This document shows positions 59,016 to 64,000 of a stretch of DNA of 64,000 bases, in pieces. How positions within the stretch are numbered: position 1 is the first letter of the stretch; each line of letters opens with the position of its first letter. The notes under the pieces are model-generated. The model made no database searches. It was not told the origin of the DNA and saw only the letters and a list, made by a program, of their open reading frames with translations. Position numbers and translations under genes: made by a program. This DNA is from an uncultured Spirochaetota bacterium (GTDB lineage: Bacteria > Spirochaetota > Brevinematia > Brevinematales > JAOACQ01), in the NCBI GenBank assembly GCA_963835575.1, contig CAWIGG010000004.1, positions 544,001-608,000 of the forward strand, read 5' to 3'.

Positions 59016-60690
59016 TTGCCTGTCGGTTTTTATAACATGCTTCATGGACATACGGCAGGGTTCCCGTTAAAATAAAACGGGAGAAAAAGATGGCAAGATT
59101 TGAAAAGAACAGCCTGGAGCAGGGTGAGTTCCTCGCGATCAATATAGGCGAGCAGTTTGATGAGAATTCCAGAGAATTTATACTAAAAGAATTCATCAAA
59201 AACCGTATTAAACTGGAGGATTTCGCGGCTTACTATAAGAACGACCATAGAGGCAGAGAGATTAAAAATCCTCGGGATGTGATCTGTGCGGTACTCTACG
59301 GTTACATTACGGGAAATCGTATCAGCCGAAAGATAGAAGATTTGCTGAAAAAACACATTGGGTTTATGTATGTTTCAAACCGGCTGAAAATTGACCATTC
59401 GGTAATTTGCGAGTTCAAGGTACTTTTTCAGGAAAAGATCGAGGAGTTGTTCAGCCAGCTTTTATATATACTCAACGAAATGGGGTCTATAGATTGGGAC
59501 ATGGTAGTGGGTGACGGCACAAAGATCAAGGCCTACGCGAGTAAGAATAAGAATGTGGGAAAGAAACATACCCGGAAGCTGATGGACACTTACCAGAAGA
59601 TGGCGGAAAAGATTGTGAAACAAGACCTGGAACTGGAAGAATCTTACCGGGAAGGCAAGCTGGAGCAGCCTTATTACGAAGCGGAGAAGAAGCGGGTATC
59701 AAGGCGGAAAAAGATTTACGATAGTGTTTTGAACCAAATCGATGAATACAAAAAACAGGTAGAGAGAGGGGAAAAGACAGACGAAGAATTCACCAACCTG
59801 ACTGATCCCGAAAGCAAGCTGATGTCTGGAAATCCGCATAGTGTGTTTATACAGGGATATAATTCGGCGATGATGGTCAGTAATAATGATGTGATTATAG
59901 ATTTTGAAGCAATCACAACACCGGAAAAACAGCATACGGAAGAAATGGTAAAGAGGGTGGAACAGAAAAAAGCGGAATTAAAAGTTGATAAGGCTAGCAA
60001 ATACCTTTTTGATTCGGGTTTTCAGGACATGGAAGAGACAATCCGGATGGTGGAGGAAGGAAAAGACCTTTATGTGGATACGAAAGAGCGGGATTTCAGT
60101 GATAAATCACAGAAGCGAAGAGACTTTAAACTGGAAAAGATTGATGACGAATATATCCTGGGATGCCGGGGCGGCCGTAAGGAAAATGGGTATTTAGATC
60201 GAAATAACCAAAGATATACATTTTTGTATTCACGGAAGGGCTGTGAAAGATGTCCATTTTTCAGTGAGTGTTATAAAAACATCAAACCGAAAACACAGCA
60301 AAAGACAGTAATTTTCAGTGAGTTTGAATTGAATAATCGGTCTAAGATTGATGCTTATTTAACAAAACTTTACAGCGAAGAAGGGCAAAAGATATACAAC
60401 CGCAGGATAGGTAAAGAACACGTATTTTCAAACATCAAAACACAGAAGGGTTATGTTCAGACAGTTTACAGAGGTCAACGGAAAGTGAATTTGGAGCTAT
60501 GCTGGGTATCCCTTGCGCATAATTTTATGAAATATGCCCAATATTTGAGAAAATAGAGAGGATTTTGTATAGTCTGAGTATCGATTATTCGAAATTTATT
60601 ATTAAAATCAGCTAAGCTGACAAAATTTTTATTTGCCCGCTTATTGTAAGGGGCTGGTTTGACTCCGAAAATGAAATAACCGACAGGCAA
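59016..60690 (+). mobile_element. IS1182-family insertion sequence (1675 bp)
   Basis: 13-bp TIR TTGCCTGTCGGTT/AACCGACAGGCAA; 4-bp TSD GATG. Confidence 0.85.
59090..60556 (+). CDS. IS1182-family transposase
   Basis: LYGY..G.RISRKIE, GDGTKIKAYAS, TDPESKLM, QGYN, DSGF, EHVFSNIK, AHN. Confidence 0.85.
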   Translation: MARFEKNSLEQGEFLAINIGEQFDENSREFILKEFIKNRIKLEDFAAYYKNDHRGREIKNPRDVICAVLYGYITGNRISRKIEDLLKKHIGFMYVSNRLKIDHSVICEFKVLFQEKIEELFSQLLYILNEMGSIDWDMVVGDGTKIKAYASKNKNVGKKHTRKLMDTYQKMAEKIVKQDLELEESYREGKLEQPYYEAEKKRVSRRKKIYDSVLNQIDEYKKQVERGEKTDEEFTNLTDPESKLMSGNPHSVFIQGYNSAMMVSNNDVIIDFEAITTPEKQHTEEMVKRVEQKKAELKVDKASKYLFDSGFQDMEETIRMVEEGKDLYVDTKERDFSDKSQKRRDFKLEKIDDEYILGCRGGRKENGYLDRNNQRYTFLYSRKGCERCPFFSECYKNIKPKTQQKTVIFSEFELNNRSKIDAYLTKLYSEEGQKIYNRRIGKEHVFSNIKTQKGYVQTVYRGQRKVNLELCWVSLAHNFMKYAQYLRK

Positions 60691-60867
60691 GATGGAAAAA
60701 AGAAATAAAAGAAATAAAAAATAATACACCATCTGTAGTTTTCCTTTAAAGCAAGTTTCGGCCCCTCACAGTAGATTCTTTTGTAGAACCTAATTTTTAA
60801 TGACGGCAATACGGCTTTGACACTTGCTTATAAAGCCGGAGCTAAATAAATTAGAAATGTCTTGCGA

Positions 60868-60908
60868 TAAATCCCGAACAATCCTGTTAATCCTGCAAAA
60901 TTGGGGTC
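60868..60908 (-). repeat. AATCCT(G) variant right arm
   Basis: aaatcccgaacaatcctgttaatcctgcaaaattggggt. Confidence 0.6.
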
Positions 60909-60989
60909 AGTACAATAGTTTCAATCAAATAAAAAAGGACATTTGTATTAAAATATTTTGTCTATCGGTCGTAGCCTATATCTTCACCT

Positions 60990-61020
60990 CCTCCGTGCCT
61001 TCAGTGAACTCTGTGGTTAA
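60990..61020 (-). repeat. CACAGAG-family right arm of island 4
   Basis: Reverse complement ttaaccacagagttcactgaaggcacggag. Confidence 0.65.
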
Positions 61021-61085
61021 TTTAAAACGTATATCAGATATAACCCAGTCACGAATTGAACTAAAAAGCAGTTCGGCATAAAATA

Positions 61086-61136
61086 AAATCCGTGCAAATC
61101 CGCCTCATCCGTGTTATCCGTGTGCTGAATCGGATC
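61086..61136 (-). repeat. right arm of island 4
   Basis: Reverse complement gatccgattcagcacacggataacacggatgaggcggatttgcacggattt aligns to 52657-52705. Confidence 0.85.
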
Positions 61137-61226
61137 GATACCATAGCTTCAATCAAAAAAACAGTTTAAATCACATTTTACAAACCCCGATTAATTATAT
61201 ATAATAGACGGTATTGGAGATTTAAA

Positions 61227-61631
61227 ATGCAGGAAATCATTGAAATCAGAACAACCGCGGCCGAAGGGCTTTATGATATCACGGAAAAGGTCAGATCGCT
61301 TGTTCTGAAAAGCAAAATCCAACAGGGCCTTGTCAATGTCTATGTCAGGGGAGCGACGGCCGCCGTTATGATACAGGAAAACTGGGACGCGAGCGTCCAG
61401 ACGGATGTCATCACCCTGCTGCGGAAGCTCATCCCGCCCGGCGTCTGGCAGCATGACGCGCAGGACAATAACGGCGACGCCCATTTAAAATCCGGCCTGA
61501 TCGGCCCGAGCCAAACAATCCCTCTTATGGACAATAAACTCTTGCTTTCCACTTGGCAGAACATCTTTCTCTGCGAGTTCGACGGGCCGAGGGAAAAGAG
61601 GGAAATCGTCGTAACTATAATGGAGATGTAA
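61227..61631 (+). CDS. yjbQ: YjbQ/UPF0047 family protein
   Basis: ATAAVMIQEN, NGDAHLKS, TWQNIFLCEFDGPR. Confidence 0.9.
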   Translation: MQEIIEIRTTAAEGLYDITEKVRSLVLKSKIQQGLVNVYVRGATAAVMIQENWDASVQTDVITLLRKLIPPGVWQHDAQDNNGDAHLKSGLIGPSQTIPLMDNKLLLSTWQNIFLCEFDGPREKREIVVTIMEM

Positions 61632-61640
61632 TAAACATAA

Positions 61641-61677
61641 AAAAAAGCCGGAGATATATAAATTCCCCGGCTTTTTT
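61641..61677. terminator. bidirectional terminator
   Basis: aaaaaagccgg...ccggctttttt between convergent genes. Confidence 0.65.
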
Positions 61678-61695
61678 ATTAACTATATAGGAAGA

Positions 61696-62127
61696 TTATA
61701 GTGTTTGAAGTTCTTTTAATTTACTCTGCGCTTCCTCTTTGACGGACTTCGGGGCCGTGTCATTGCCGATTATATCTTTCAGCCTGGACTGGGCTTTATC
61801 TTTGGCATCGCTTACCAGGAAAGTGATATCTTCATCGCTCATGCCTGATTTCTGCACTTTTTCCTTGTCCGTATGAATGAACTTGATCAGTAGAATATAA
61901 GCTTTGGCCGTATTGAGCTTTGTTGTGGAATCGTTATTCGATTTTTCCGCGTCCAGGGATTCCTTTAAAACTGCCATTACATTTTCAAAAGCCGTATCAT
62001 TCATTTTATCGTAAGCCGGCTTTTTGACTTCCTGGACATCCTGTTTTACCGTCGTTTTTTCGCCGCAGGAAACTAACAGGCCCGCAGCCAGAAAACCGAA
62101 TATAATAACAACTGAAATTCTTTTCAT
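61696..62127 (-). CDS. hypothetical lipoprotein
   Basis: Lipobox LVSC; AGGAGG RBS. Confidence 0.75.
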   Translation of the reverse strand: MKRISVVIIFGFLAAGLLVSCGEKTTVKQDVQEVKKPAYDKMNDTAFENVMAVLKESLDAEKSNNDSTTKLNTAKAYILLIKFIHTDKEKVQKSGMSDEDITFLVSDAKDKAQSRLKDIIGNDTAPKSVKEEAQSKLKELQTL

Positions 62128-62151
62128 AATAAAACCTCCTTTAACTTTAAA

Positions 62152-62598
62152 CTACCACCGGATATTTTTCATCGCGTTCCAGGCTTCTTTAATTGTCGCG
62201 TCCCTGTGCCTTTTTGAATAAAGAACTATTCTCAGCAGAGCCGGGAAGCACTTCTGGCTCCCGTTTTTACCCATTATTTTAACCAGTTCCTCTGCGATAA
62301 CATCATCATAGTATTGTCCCTGGTCATTTTCCTTAAAATTAGGGATATCATAGTTATAGATCAGCACATCAGCGATGATTCCTACAACCCTCTCTTCTTT
62401 ATAATTATCTTTTAATACTTTGAGCACGCCTTTCTTTTCATCATAGTTCCCGTTTTTTATCAGGATTCTATGCGCCTTGTTTATTTCTTCCTCAACTGAA
62501 GTATTATGAATTGAAAATACCGAAGAACTCGACGCGGAATCTTCCCCAAAACAGAAGCCGGCTAAGAAAAAAATCAATAATACAATGATTTTCTTCAT
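62152..62598 (-). CDS. exported HEAT-like protein, paralog of its neighbour
   Basis: Signal peptide; the C-terminus aligns with 62603-63346. Confidence 0.7.
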   Translation of the reverse strand: MKKIIVLLIFFLAGFCFGEDSASSSSVFSIHNTSVEEEINKAHRILIKNGNYDEKKGVLKVLKDNYKEERVVGIIADVLIYNYDIPNFKENDQGQYYDDVIAEELVKIMGKNGSQKCFPALLRIVLYSKRHRDATIKEAWNAMKNIRW

Positions 62599-62602
62599 AA
62601 AA

Positions 62603-63346
62603 TTACCATTTCAGCTTCTTCATGGCTTCCCATCCGGCTTTTATTGTTTCATCCCTGTGGGTTTCCGGGCTCATAACCGTGCGGAGCAGAACTGAAAAAG
62701 CCCTCGGGTCCCCGATATCCCCAAGCGATTCAATAATAGCCTGAGCAACTTTATCATCGTCAAATCTCTTCTGGTCCCCTTCGCTGAATTTGGCCCTGCT
62801 CGCGCCGTATTGGTTTTTCAGAAGATCAACCATTTTAGGCAGTATTAAATTGGGATCGCCTAAAGCCGGGAGGGCCTTCGCGGCCGCCATTCTGGGCTTT
62901 AAGACATCGTCCCTTTCAATAATCATCAGCATAACCGGAATATAAGCCGAATTTGAGCTTTCGCTTAAAGCCTTTATGGCCAATACTCTCGCGTCGGGAG
63001 ACACAATAATAATCTTGTTTTCAGTTTGCTTTGCGGTTCTTACATCCCATTTGACAACTTCTTCCAGAAAATCATATTTTTTTGCGGAATTATTGGTGAT
63101 CTTCGTTGTCAGAAGAACAATCTTGAACTGGGTGTCAAAGGCGGCGTCTTTTCCGATTGAATTATTAAACTCCGCTTTTAAATACGGCAATACCACATCC
63201 GGAAGCATTAAATCCTTCGGGATCTGCTCAACCGGCATATTCGGACTGATCAGCGGCCCCAGTTCTTCAGCGGTAACCCCCTTGGCTGACTGCAGAAAGC
63301 TGAATAGAAAAAGAAAAAGTGCAATAAAAAAGAAATTCCTTTTCAT
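62603..63346 (-). CDS. exported HEAT-repeat protein
   Basis: Signal peptide; RMAAAKAL, SLGDIGDPRAF. Confidence 0.75.
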   Translation of the reverse strand: MKRNFFFIALFLFLFSFLQSAKGVTAEELGPLISPNMPVEQIPKDLMLPDVVLPYLKAEFNNSIGKDAAFDTQFKIVLLTTKITNNSAKKYDFLEEVVKWDVRTAKQTENKIIIVSPDARVLAIKALSESSNSAYIPVMLMIIERDDVLKPRMAAAKALPALGDPNLILPKMVDLLKNQYGASRAKFSEGDQKRFDDDKVAQAIIESLGDIGDPRAFSVLLRTVMSPETHRDETIKAGWEAMKKLKW

Positions 63347-63528
63347 AAAACTTACTCCTCCACTACATTTTCAGCAATGCCGGAAAATTAATAGGCAATT
63401 TTTCCGCATTGCTGTTAAGTCATTTTAACTTAATCTCATTAAAAGTCAATAGAAAAAAATAAATTGCTGTGAAAAACAAATACCAGATCTAAATGATTAA
63501 TTTTTATATATCTTTAGCGTATTTATTT

Positions 63529-63601
63529 GCAGATTTCCACCCCGCGCCGGTTCCTGAGTAGCCCGATAGGGCGTATCGAAGGACGCGGGATGGAAATCTG
63601 C
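63529..63601. repeat. compound REP-like hairpin
   Basis: gcagatttccaccccgcg...cctgagtagcccgatagggcgtatcgaagg...cgcgggatggaaatctgc. Confidence 0.6.
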
Positions 63602-63763
63602 CTATTATAAAGCTTTTGTTAAACAAATCACTTGGCTTAGGAAAGATTGAATTTTTCATACTGAATATTCAACTAAGCAGAACAATATAATAGAAAAGGG
63701 CTGTTCCAAAAAAAATGTTTTTTGAAACAGCCCTTTATTAAATTGCCGTTTTGCAGATTATTC

Positions 63764-64000
63764 CTACCAGAGTTGATGAACGGAAGGTTTTATATATTTC
63801 TCATAAACCGCGTAGACCGCTTTCATCTGTCCTGCAGAGAGCGGTTTAATATTTCCGGCTTTGATATTTTCAAGCACCTGCTCCGGCCTCGAGGCGCCGG
63901 GTATGACGCATGATACTTCTTTAAACATCAATATCCACCGGATGGCCCATAGGGCGAGCGCGGTATCGCCCTTAAAAACCGTCTTCAGTTCCTCGACAGC
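63764..64000 (-). CDS. aldo/keto reductase, C-terminal part
   Basis: Hand translation ALWAIRWILMFKEVSCVIPGASRPEQVLEN...VHQLW*. Confidence 0.8.
   Translation of the reverse strand, partial: AVEELKTVFKGDTALALWAIRWILMFKEVSCVIPGASRPEQVLENIKAGNIKPLSAGQMKAVYAVYEKYIKPSVHQLW

Larger units (their letters stand above)
55202..60724 (+). pseudogene. 812-aa class III nucleotide-cyclase-like plus PIN-like protein split by two IS elements
   Basis: 55202-56820 + 58226-59015 + 60695-60724 join in frame (2439 nt) after removing each IS and one TSD copy. Confidence 0.8.

Noticed and set aside
58188..59075. ORF 58188-59075 as an independent gene
   Set aside because: Its start lies inside IS256 and its last residues inside IS1182; it is the middle part of the split 812-aa gene.

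Overview
Chromosomal window from an anaerobic bacterium. The mix of HEAT-repeat exported proteins, GerMN, orphan PTS IIA, XPB pair and Re-citrate synthase is compatible with a free-living spirochaete, but that is inference. The core genes are an arsenic/redox cluster (arsR-acr3-trx-DGC-permease-trx-ccdA-arsC), a second ArsR operon with a Met-rich protein, NfnAB with an [FeFe]-hydrogenase HydABC whose HydB is fused to a GltD/NfnL-like domain, tRNA-Ala(GGC), a group 3b [NiFe]-hydrogenase, thiC/thiD, a GH5 mannanase, bfr and others. The most unusual signal is non-coding. Four AT-rich islands (4.46-9.07, 16.04-17.98, 33.55-35.24, 52.56-61.14 kb) carry almost only toxin-antitoxin, restriction or defence-like genes. 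Each island is bracketed by inverted ~50-bp arms built from four ~9-10-bp CGGATT units, and the outer part of the arm co-varies within a pair. Sister periodic repeat families (CACAGAG, CGCGAAT, AGCTGAA) form empty pairs or clusters, and some cargo genes end in attC-like remnants. No recombinase is present in the window. The largest island holds an 812-aa class III nucleotide-cyclase-like/PIN-like gene that becomes visible only after removing an IS256 and an IS1182 insertion; a second IS256 hits a TA-like pair in the same island.
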